A model generated the notes under the pieces. It was not told the DNA's origin. It was given only the letters and a program-made list of their open reading frames with translations, and ran no database searches. A DNA stretch of 42,150 bases. Source: a virus (Duplodnaviria > Caudoviricetes). The translations under genes were made by a program, and so were the position numbers. Location: IMG/VR virus record IMGVR_UViG_3300031519_000059, positions 1 through 42,150 of that record, one strand, 5' to 3'. Of the stretch, positions 7,538 to 15,934 are shown piece after piece. Position 1 is the stretch's first letter. The number at the start of each line of letters is the position of its first letter.

Positions 7538-8955
7538 TGGATTCCGAAGCATTTAACTTAGAACATCAAATGGATATGGAGTTATCAAAGAACTCTTTCC
7601 CTTATTTCTTTGAACACGTTTTAGGTTGGGAGTTTGCTAAACATCAGGAAGAATGGCTAGAGTTGATGGGAGATACTCAAAGAAGTGTTATCATTTGCTC
7701 TAGAGGTCATGGTAAGTCTGTATTTATGCACAGTTGGGTTGTGTGGAATTTAATCTTCCAACCCCCACCATATCAGATGTTATACATTTCTTCTAACCAA
7801 AAACAGACTATGGTTCACATGAGAGACATAGATAAGTTATTTACTAATCCTCTATTGAAGAAATACAAACCTGCTAGAGGATGGGCTATTGGGAACATTA
7901 CATTAACTAATGGTAATCAAATCTTAGAGCGTTCCGTTGGTTCACAGATTCGTGGACTTCACCCTCAAGAGATTATCATTGATGACCCTTTGAAAGAGTT
8001 CAGTATGACAGGTATTCAGAAGGTAACAGATTGGTTCTATGGGGATATGATTCCTACTCTACACCACTCCGCATCATTAAGAGTCATAGGAACTCCATTC
8101 AGTTATACTGATATCTATGCCCAGTTGGGTGAAAACCCTGCATATACTCTTAGAACCTATGCTTGTCTTAATTCTCTTAACGAACCCTTGTGGCCTAGTC
8201 GTTGGGATTATGATTCTCTTATGGCAAGAAAAGCAGAAATTGGTTCTCTTAAGTTTACAAGAGAATATATGTGTGTGCCTATTTCTACTGGGACATCTCT
8301 TTTTAATCCTGAATATCTAGAGAGTGCTAAAAATAAAGACTTAGTTTTGAAACCAATGAGAAGAGAGGGCATGAAATACTTCGTAGGTGTAGACCCTGCT
8401 ATCTCTACTGATGGAGACTACAATGTTATTACCGTTATAGAGATGGATGCTGATGAAAACAAATCAATTGTATATATCGACAGAGCAAAAAATGTACAGT
8501 TCAGAGAGAACATACAGAAGGTAAAACTGATAGGTCAAATGTTTAGACCCGAAGCGATTCTTTTTGAAACCAATACCTTTGCTAAATCCTTTACTCAAGA
8601 ACTAAGACAGGTGGCTGATTTAAACATTCATGACTTCAACACTACTAGAAGAAAGAAGCAAGAGATTATCTTAAATCTACAAATGACACTAGAAAATAAT
8701 AAACTAAATTTTCCTTATGGTAATGAAGAAAGTAGAAGAACGACTTCTGCTTTAATCGAAGAAATGTCTATGTTTGCTATTACTGAAAGGGGAAAGTTTG
8801 AAGGAGTGGGCGCACACGACGATATGGTGATGAGCCTCGCTTTAGCCAATGCCGCCACATATCAAGCAACAGATAACTTTGTCTTGTTGGATGATATGGG
8901 TATATTTGATGAGCCTAAAGCAAGACAACAATTGGGACTGGGTTTGAACTTTTAG
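7537..8955 (+). CDS. terL: Terminase large subunit
   Basis: Walker A CSRGHGKS, Walker B IIIDD, coupling motif IGTP, nuclease motifs VGVDPA and HDDMVMSLALA. Confidence 0.95.
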   Translation: MDSEAFNLEHQMDMELSKNSFPYFFEHVLGWEFAKHQEEWLELMGDTQRSVIICSRGHGKSVFMHSWVVWNLIFQPPPYQMLYISSNQKQTMVHMRDIDKLFTNPLLKKYKPARGWAIGNITLTNGNQILERSVGSQIRGLHPQEIIIDDPLKEFSMTGIQKVTDWFYGDMIPTLHHSASLRVIGTPFSYTDIYAQLGENPAYTLRTYACLNSLNEPLWPSRWDYDSLMARKAEIGSLKFTREYMCVPISTGTSLFNPEYLESAKNKDLVLKPMRREGMKYFVGVDPAISTDGDYNVITVIEMDADENKSIVYIDRAKNVQFRENIQKVKLIGQMFRPEAILFETNTFAKSFTQELRQVADLNIHDFNTTRRKKQEIILNLQMTLENNKLNFPYGNEESRRTTSALIEEMSMFAITERGKFEGVGAHDDMVMSLALANAATYQATDNFVLLDDMGIFDEPKARQQLGLGLNF

Positions 8956-8963
8956 GTGATATT

Positions 8964-10622
8964 ATGCCAACTGCTGAACAATACGATAAGGCTTCTGAAC
9001 AGATGTCTCGCTTGGCTGAATTAGACAGAGAAGCGAAGGATGCCCAATCAGAAGTAGAAGAAGAACTAGACGTTGAGTTTGAGGATGTGGAGATGAAAAG
9101 TCTTCTATCCAATGGAAGAGTTCTTTCTGAATTAGAAGAGATTAACAAACTATCCGATACTTACAAGATAAACGCCACTGATGCTAAAAAGATGCTAAAC
9201 AATTTCCCTACAGAATATGTAGTAGATGATAAAAATATTCCTGACCTTATCAAACAAATGAGACTATCAAGACGTTCCTTAAAAGGAGAACATAGGGATA
9301 AGATGTCGAAGGCAATTGATACAATGATTGATGCTTATACCGACCACTTGCATAAGTGCTTTGATTCTATTCATTGGTTATCTAATTATAGAGAACCATT
9401 CCTCAAGATGAGATTCAACGAAAAAGATTTGAATAAACTCAACAAGATGAAAGATTCTGAAAGCAGAAGAGAAGTTATTGATTCTCTATGCAAATACTGG
9501 GAAGCAGAACTAGAGCAGAAGGGTATGCCTTACTCATCAGACTATTCTGTTCTCTCTAGAAAAATGTCTATTGCTAAGAAAGGATTTAGAAATGCTATAG
9601 CCAAAATAACTAACCAGTCTATCACTAAGTCTAAAAGAGAAAGACAAGAAGATTTTGTTCTAAAGGCAGTGTGTGAAATGCAAGGAATTACTGCTCAACA
9701 AATCTATGATAGAATGCCAGATAATATGTTAAAATCCACAAGTCCTCAAGTTATTTCTAAGATGGTAAAGAAGTTAGATATTGTTTCTGTAGAGGGTTCC
9801 TATTACAAACTCCCCTCCGAGATAAAAAAGAATATATGGGCTTACTGTGCTGCATTTATTGATTCAGATGGTTACATTACTTTAGATAGAAATATGAATC
9901 CTAGAGTTGGTTTAGTCGCTACTGGGCAGAGAGGTAGAGCATTCATGGAAGAGATGCATAAATCTATTGGGTTTGGCCGTATGCACTTAGACCAAAAATC
10001 ACCACAAGATACTCGACTAATCAATAGATTAAACTTTTATTCTCAAGCAGATGTAACTAGTTTACTAACAAAGTGCCTACCGCATTTTAGATTAAAGAAA
10101 GGTAATGCTCAACTACTACTAGAATTAATTCGCATGAAAAAGGCATACAAAAAGGCTGATTGGTATAAGGGTCGTTGTGAAGAGATATTTAAATTAATGA
10201 AGTGGGAGAATCATAAAGACCATGTTGGTTTTGATTGGGCTAAAGAAAGTATTAATCTAGATGACATTCAAAAATACAAAGATAACTGCAAAGTGTCTAT
10301 GATGGATTCTATGGAACAAATCGGTGGAATGGTCATTAAGAATGACCCAACAAGAGATGATGAGGAGATTCCTAAACAAGAAATTAAAGATTATATTTAT
10401 CGAGTAAAGGACGCTATGAGAAAGAAAACAATGAGTCGGGAAGATGAACAAGTTGTTTTAGAACTTCTAGAATTTTTAGAAAAAACAATGAAGGTTTATG
10501 AAAAAGGGGAAGTTCCTCTTTTTAGTTATTCTTATCTTATGAGTAATATAGAAGAAACTCTAAAGAAATATAAAATGGATAAGGCTTCCTTATTCTCATC
10601 AAAACTGGCTATGGAGGAATAG
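8964..10622 (+). CDS. Multidomain protein with a LAGLIDADG endonuclease-like domain
   Basis: WAYCAAFIDSDGYI LAGLIDADG helix, later LPHFRLKK; preceded by a helical region and a wHTH-like segment (GITAQQIYDRMP...SPQVISKMV). Confidence 0.85.
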   Translation: MPTAEQYDKASEQMSRLAELDREAKDAQSEVEEELDVEFEDVEMKSLLSNGRVLSELEEINKLSDTYKINATDAKKMLNNFPTEYVVDDKNIPDLIKQMRLSRRSLKGEHRDKMSKAIDTMIDAYTDHLHKCFDSIHWLSNYREPFLKMRFNEKDLNKLNKMKDSESRREVIDSLCKYWEAELEQKGMPYSSDYSVLSRKMSIAKKGFRNAIAKITNQSITKSKRERQEDFVLKAVCEMQGITAQQIYDRMPDNMLKSTSPQVISKMVKKLDIVSVEGSYYKLPSEIKKNIWAYCAAFIDSDGYITLDRNMNPRVGLVATGQRGRAFMEEMHKSIGFGRMHLDQKSPQDTRLINRLNFYSQADVTSLLTKCLPHFRLKKGNAQLLLELIRMKKAYKKADWYKGRCEEIFKLMKWENHKDHVGFDWAKESINLDDIQKYKDNCKVSMMDSMEQIGGMVIKNDPTRDDEEIPKQEIKDYIYRVKDAMRKKTMSREDEQVVLELLEFLEKTMKVYEKGEVPLFSYSYLMSNIEETLKKYKMDKASLFSSKLAMEE

Positions 10623-10624
10623 AT

Positions 10625-10771
10625 ATGAAACTTGGAAATCACAATTTCATCTACCACACCTGTTGTTATGTTGCTACGACTAATGGAGAGACAAAACCGT
10701 TTTCATTCTGTGAGTCTTGTTGGGTTAAGAATGGCTCTCCTCAAGGCATGGGGAAGATTCATAACTCATAG
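10625..10771 (+). CDS. Small Cys/His-rich (putative Zn-binding) protein, 48 aa, below the ORF-track cutoff
   Basis: Hand translation MKLGNHNFIYHTCCYVATTNGETKPFSFCESCWVKNGSPQGMGKIHNS; GGAGGA RBS; fills the intergenic gap. Confidence 0.55.
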   Translation: MKLGNHNFIYHTCCYVATTNGETKPFSFCESCWVKNGSPQGMGKIHNS

Positions 10772-10800
10772 ATAGCGTCAAGAGATTGAGGGGTGTAGGG

Positions 10801-12456
10801 ATGTCGGAAGAAAAGCGTAGATTTAGCATTGCAAACTTGTTTAGACGCACTACTCCAAAACCTGCTGATAGGTCTATCTATAACATAGGCATACAGGAGA
10901 GACAACAACAAACCTTGATGACGGCTCCAGTTATCTATCACATAGTACAGAACTCAGTTATTGCTAGAACCTGCATTACTCAGTTAAAGCAAGAGATATT
11001 TAGAAGAGGCTATATTTGGGAGAAAGCGTTTGAGGCACATTGTTTAGATTGCCAAAAGAAACACAAAAGACCAGTCAAAGAATGTTCTAGATGTGGGAGT
11101 TATAATCTAAAAACTCCTGATGTAAAACAATTAGAATATGCTGAAAACTTTATTGAAGGTTATGTCAATAAGTCTGAGCAATTGTTCATTGATGTGTTCA
11201 AAGAATTAGAAGATGATTTGAATATTATGGATGATGCATATATTGTCTTAGTTAAAGAATATTTTATAGACGGCAATCAAAAAATTCGTATGCATCGAAT
11301 AAAAGAAATCTATAGAGGCGACCCTGTAACAATGGCTATCTACTCTGATGAAGTGGGACAACGAGGAACAAAAGGATTTACTTGTATAAACCATAGAGGT
11401 ATGTTATCTATGGAACCGTATTCTAGTTGTGAAGAATGTGGAAGCAAAATGTACCCTGTTCATTATGTTAATAGAGTAGCGGGACAAGAACAATATTTCT
11501 TGAAAGGGGAGGTTCTACACTTTAGTAAGTACAGTCCTTCTAGACTCTATGGGCTATCTCCTGTTATTACTCTCTATAGTCATCTTACTACTCTATTGGC
11601 TATGGAACAATATGTTAATTCGTCTTATACAAAGAGCAGAATGCCTAGAGGATTACTAGCAGTTCAGACTCGCAATATGGATTCTATGCGTTCTTTCTGG
11701 CGTTCAGTTAAAGAGAAGATGGAAACCGACCCTCACTTTATTCCTGTTATGGGAATAGAAGCAGAAGGTGGTAAGGGTTCTGTTGAGTGGATTAAGTTCA
11801 TGGATAGTCTGAAAGAGATGGATTATACCGCAGTTAAGGATGATTTGCGAGATAGAATCTCAGCGTTCTATGGAGTAAGTAAAATCTTTATGGCAGACAA
11901 TACTACAAGTGGTGGATTAAATAACGAAGGTATGCAAATCCTTGTTACTAATAGAGCAGTTCAAATGGCTCAGAATGTTTACAATAACTATGTATTCCCA
12001 TTCCTTACTAAGGAGTTTGGCATTACTGATTGGAATTTAAAACTCCCTCCTAGTGAAGAAGAAGATGAAATAGCCGTTCTTCGTAAGAGAGAAATTGAAG
12101 TTAATATTGCCGCTTCTACAAAGAATCTAGGATTTGAAGTAGAAATGGATGAAGATGGTAACTTTACATTTAAGAAGCCTGAACCAGTAGAACAACCTAA
12201 CCCCGAAGGGGGAGAGGGTGGCGAAGAAGGTGAACAGGCGGATTTAGACCCTTATGCAGGAACAAATATTGATGCTTCACAAATGGGTCAAATGCAAGAA
12301 CAGATGATGCAACAAGGTTCTACTCCACAAGAAAATCCACCCGCTACTAGAAATAAGGCTAGAATGGCAGTTGGCCCCGATAAAAGATTACAAGGATTAC
12401 CACAAGATGCAGGGAATCAAAACGTAGATAGAAGAAGCGAAAGAAGAGTTGGTTGA
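10801..12456 (+). CDS. Portal protein
   Basis: Position after terL; EVLHF...LYGLSP, MPRGLL, RISAFYGV patterns of HK97-type portals; ATG 10801 after GAGGGGTG; acidic/Gln-rich disordered tail. Confidence 0.9.
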   Translation: MSEEKRRFSIANLFRRTTPKPADRSIYNIGIQERQQQTLMTAPVIYHIVQNSVIARTCITQLKQEIFRRGYIWEKAFEAHCLDCQKKHKRPVKECSRCGSYNLKTPDVKQLEYAENFIEGYVNKSEQLFIDVFKELEDDLNIMDDAYIVLVKEYFIDGNQKIRMHRIKEIYRGDPVTMAIYSDEVGQRGTKGFTCINHRGMLSMEPYSSCEECGSKMYPVHYVNRVAGQEQYFLKGEVLHFSKYSPSRLYGLSPVITLYSHLTTLLAMEQYVNSSYTKSRMPRGLLAVQTRNMDSMRSFWRSVKEKMETDPHFIPVMGIEAEGGKGSVEWIKFMDSLKEMDYTAVKDDLRDRISAFYGVSKIFMADNTTSGGLNNEGMQILVTNRAVQMAQNVYNNYVFPFLTKEFGITDWNLKLPPSEEEDEIAVLRKREIEVNIAASTKNLGFEVEMDEDGNFTFKKPEPVEQPNPEGGEGGEEGEQADLDPYAGTNIDASQMGQMQEQMMQQGSTPQENPPATRNKARMAVGPDKRLQGLPQDAGNQNVDRRSERRVG

Positions 12457-12457
12457 T

Positions 12458-12682
12458 ATGTGGAAAGATATAATTAAAACAGATGATGTAGAACGTCTAT
12501 TTGAAAAGAGAGAAGAAGAAGCGTGGAATTCAAAAAATGAAAAGGCTATTCAATTTTATAGAAGATTAGAAAAGAAACTAGATTATTATTTAAAACATAA
12601 CGAACCCTCTGTAAAAGAGATGCTATACCGAATATTACAAAAACCATATACTCCTGACTTAGATAAAGAACTAGAAATTTAA
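12458..12682 (+). CDS. WxxIIK-tagged small hypothetical protein
   Basis: ATG 12458; MWKDIIKT. Confidence 0.65.
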   Translation: MWKDIIKTDDVERLFEKREEEAWNSKNEKAIQFYRRLEKKLDYYLKHNEPSVKEMLYRILQKPYTPDLDKELEI

Positions 12683-12691
12683 GGTGATACA

Positions 12692-12919
12692 ATGAAAGAA
12701 GATACAAGACAAACAGAAAGAAGATTACAGAAAGAGTTAGCGAAAGTAAAAGCGTTAAACAGAAACAAAGATGCTAAGATTAAGAAGAACAGAAATCTAG
12801 ATATTGCAGGAATACCTATGGATTCTTCTCCTAAACCAATCCCCGCATCTACAGATATTCCTGATGTTATTTCTCTACCCCCTAAGAGAAGAGGAAGAAA
12901 AGAAAACATTCCATTCTGA
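12692..12919 (+). CDS. Small basic Pro-rich hypothetical protein
   Basis: AGGTGA RBS; compact spacing. Confidence 0.7.
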   Translation: MKEDTRQTERRLQKELAKVKALNRNKDAKIKKNRNLDIAGIPMDSSPKPIPASTDIPDVISLPPKRRGRKENIPF

Positions 12920-12928
12920 GGCGATTAC

Positions 12929-14851
12929 TTGTTCATCGAATTATCCAAAGATAAGACCCTAAAGGGTATGATGAAGAAGGCCGTATTGGACAAAGAGACT
13001 AAAGAGTTAATTGGTTCAAGTCCTGCTATAATTAAGCAATCTCTTCTTAAAAATATGACTGACAATAATATTGTACAGTATAGAAGACTAATACAAAAGG
13101 CTGATGAAGAGATTGATGAAGAAGCAGAATCAGCATTTAGGGCTTCATTAGGAGCGCAAGGTGCTGAGAGAGCAGGTCTCGAACAAACGGGTGAAAAGGA
13201 TATTACCCAGTTGGCAGAAGAAGATGCAATAGATAGAGAACAGTTTGACTTTTCCTCCTCAGTAGAGATGGGCAAATTCAATAAGGATTACAAAGCCTAC
13301 AAGTTACTATCTGATACCGTACCTATTCTGAAAGACTTAGCAGAGAAAGTGGTTGTTATAGCAGATAGTGGGGCTTCTTCTAATTTTGAAACAGAAAACG
13401 ATTCGGCATATAATAAAATTACATCTGAAAAGGATTCTAATACCATCTATAATGCTCTTAAAAGATTAACGGCGAACAAAGATTCTTTGAAAGATAGTCC
13501 TTATTATAAAGAGGGACAGTTAGTTTCTCCAACACCTCCTAGAAGAGAAAGAGAAGGACAGGAAGTAGCAGGGAGACCTAAGAAACCAATAGATGTTGCT
13601 AAAATAGAAGAGGCACTTTTACCAATATTAGAAAAGGAATCCGAAGGAAAATCCTTTATTGAGATATTTAAAATACTGCACATTAATAGATTTAAATTAC
13701 TCCCTGCGGGAGATAAAAAACTAGGATATCTTGCTAGTCTTTTAACAGAATCTAAGAAACAACTTCTAGGAGTAGAAGATAATAAACTGGTTAAAGTTAA
13801 AGAGTCTTTAGGTTCCCTAGTAGAGAAGATAAAACTACAAAGAGAGGCTAGAAACGATATAGAAAGGTCTATAGAAAAACTTCAAGAGTTAAAAAATGCA
13901 GGAACGCTTAAGAGCATAAGCATTGCATTTGGAGAACTTAAACAACAACTCAGTAGTGAATTAAATTCTACTAAACTAAATCCTGAAAAAATTAAAGAAC
14001 TAAGAAGTAAAATTGGTAATCTTAGTGTAGAAGATGATGATTCGGGACAGATGAGTTACGATAGAGATACCGCCGCTACTGCCATTGCTGAAAAAGTAGA
14101 TAGAGAAGTAAAAGCAGAGTTAGCAAAATTCAAAAAAATACAATCTGAACTAGTAGGTTTTATAGAAGCCGAAGAAGACATTGTAGATATAGTCAATACT
14201 ATAAACAGATTTATGAAATTCCCAATACCTTCTAAGAAAGAAATTAAAATGTATCAAGACAGTATGATGCAAGCACAAGAAGATTTGAAGAGACGAAGAG
14301 AACAGGTGGGTATTGGATTAGACCCCGAAGATAAAAAGCAAAAAGGGCTTCTTGATGTTATTGAGAAAGTTACTAGTGAATTATCTAAACTAAAAGAACT
14401 ATTCACTGTTAAAGATAAATATCTAAAAGAATATACTACTGCAAAAAATATTGTTGATTCTGTAGGTAATGGCGTAGACAAGATAGCAAGAAGTCTAGTT
14501 TCTATAAATAATATTATACTTGCGGAAGAAGATGGTGCGCCAATATATGAGAACATAAATAATCAAATTATTGTAAGTGAAGTAATGAGTTTACTAAGAG
14601 CAGAGATTAGCCTATCGTCTCTATCTAGTGTAGCGGAGACTGATAAAGTGGATGTTACTCAAATAAAAGGACTAGATGCTATTACTGACAAAGACGCATT
14701 AAAAATACAAAAACTGTATGATAGAATGTTTATTGACTTAGAAAGAGTTTCAGAACAAAGAGAAAAAATTTCAGAGGCTATGGAAAACTTACAAGAAGCA
14801 AATGATGAACAAAATTCGATTAATGAAACGATTGATGAGGTGGAAGAATGA
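12929..14851 (+). CDS. Large coiled-coil acidic hypothetical protein (possible internal virion protein)
   Basis: 640-aa ORF with GAGGCG RBS; heptad-like E/K/L content; sites MMKKA, LLKN, IQKA. Confidence 0.7.
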   Translation: MFIELSKDKTLKGMMKKAVLDKETKELIGSSPAIIKQSLLKNMTDNNIVQYRRLIQKADEEIDEEAESAFRASLGAQGAERAGLEQTGEKDITQLAEEDAIDREQFDFSSSVEMGKFNKDYKAYKLLSDTVPILKDLAEKVVVIADSGASSNFETENDSAYNKITSEKDSNTIYNALKRLTANKDSLKDSPYYKEGQLVSPTPPRREREGQEVAGRPKKPIDVAKIEEALLPILEKESEGKSFIEIFKILHINRFKLLPAGDKKLGYLASLLTESKKQLLGVEDNKLVKVKESLGSLVEKIKLQREARNDIERSIEKLQELKNAGTLKSISIAFGELKQQLSSELNSTKLNPEKIKELRSKIGNLSVEDDDSGQMSYDRDTAATAIAEKVDREVKAELAKFKKIQSELVGFIEAEEDIVDIVNTINRFMKFPIPSKKEIKMYQDSMMQAQEDLKRRREQVGIGLDPEDKKQKGLLDVIEKVTSELSKLKELFTVKDKYLKEYTTAKNIVDSVGNGVDKIARSLVSINNIILAEEDGAPIYENINNQIIVSEVMSLLRAEISLSSLSSVAETDKVDVTQIKGLDAITDKDALKIQKLYDRMFIDLERVSEQREKISEAMENLQEANDEQNSINETIDEVEE

Positions 14852-15207
14852 CGTGGGATTTTTATGGAGAAGGAAAGGATTTTATCCTCAAAGAGAAAAA
14901 GCAAGAGCCTAAGAATCTACTAGATTCTATGGACTCAAAGACTAAAAAGAAACTAAAGAAAACGCTACAGGCGGCTGAACCTACAGAATTTTTTGGTCAA
15001 GATTTTACAAAATTAGGGGAACTACTAGAAGTGGTTCAGAGCCTAGACTTTACCAAATCAGATAAGAAACTAACTAAGAAAGTCAAGTCAATGGATGAGC
15101 GCAACATTGATATCGTAGCCACCGCTACGAAACTTCGTAAGGAGTACGAGTTACTCTATCGACAATTGCGTGATATGGTATATCCTTCAAAAAAAGGTGA
15201 TGAATAA
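14848..15207 (+). CDS. Hypothetical head-module protein
   Basis: GAGGTGG RBS; N-terminus MTWDFYGEGKDFILKE. Confidence 0.7.
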   Translation: MTWDFYGEGKDFILKEKKQEPKNLLDSMDSKTKKKLKKTLQAAEPTEFFGQDFTKLGELLEVVQSLDFTKSDKKLTKKVKSMDERNIDIVATATKLRKEYELLYRQLRDMVYPSKKGDE

Positions 15208-15443
15208 TGGCAGAAACGATTAACGAAGAACTATTAGAAATAATCAAAGCACTCTCGGCTAAAATAGAGAGTCTAGAAAAGACTGTTTACAATTCAGATA
15301 ACGTATTGATGAAGTCTGGATTAGTAACTGTAAACACTCCAACCCCTCTTATTGATAATTCAGGTGGGGCTATGAATATGAACATAGACAACATGAATTG
15401 GTCTGATATTCATAAGATGGTAGAAAGAGCAGGAGGTCAATAA
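15207..15443 (+). CDS. Small scaffold-like protein ending in the WSDIHKM motif
   Basis: N-terminal coiled coil; C-terminal MNWSDIHKM nearly identical to the protease/scaffold C-terminus. Confidence 0.7.
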   Translation: MAETINEELLEIIKALSAKIESLEKTVYNSDNVLMKSGLVTVNTPTPLIDNSGGAMNMNIDNMNWSDIHKMVERAGGQ

Positions 15444-15444
15444 T

Positions 15445-15924
15445 ATGCCCGAAAGAGTAACAAAAGAAGAAAGAGCAGTTAGTCTCGCTATTGAAAAGGC
15501 AAGAGACGCAAAAGAATTACTTCACCAGTCTTTGTATGATAACAACAGACTTCCCGATGAAAAGGATGACCGAGTAGAAAAGGTCAAAATTAAAAGACCA
15601 AAGGCTGAAAAGGATAAGACCAAAATTGAAAACAATGATGGCACACATTCAGGTTATGGAAAGGGTGGAGAAGAAACTCATTTTAAAAAAGCAGTAATAA
15701 GGTATAATACTGCTGAAAAATTTCCGCCATATAATGAAAATGCTAAGGATTTTGCGGATAGAACTCTAAGAGAAATGCAAGAATTGTCTAACAAACAGGT
15801 TCAAACAGATTTTCAATACGAACTAGATGAAATGTCTAGACAAAAAAACGGAACTCCTTTAACTTACTATGATGTAAGAAATGCTAAAATTATGGTTTCA
15901 AAAAGCGGATATAGTCGCAGTTGA
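15445..15924 (+). CDS. Hypothetical head-module protein
   Basis: GGAGGT RBS; charged sequence; IEKA and FKKA motifs. Confidence 0.7.
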   Translation: MPERVTKEERAVSLAIEKARDAKELLHQSLYDNNRLPDEKDDRVEKVKIKRPKAEKDKTKIENNDGTHSGYGKGGEETHFKKAVIRYNTAEKFPPYNENAKDFADRTLREMQELSNKQVQTDFQYELDEMSRQKNGTPLTYYDVRNAKIMVSKSGYSRS

Positions 15925-15934
15925 GGAATGCTGA

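Noticed and set aside
8964-10622. LAGLIDADG ORF as an intein or intron within terL or portal
   Set aside because: terL and portal are each complete; the ORF has its own RBS and lacks intein splice-junction residues
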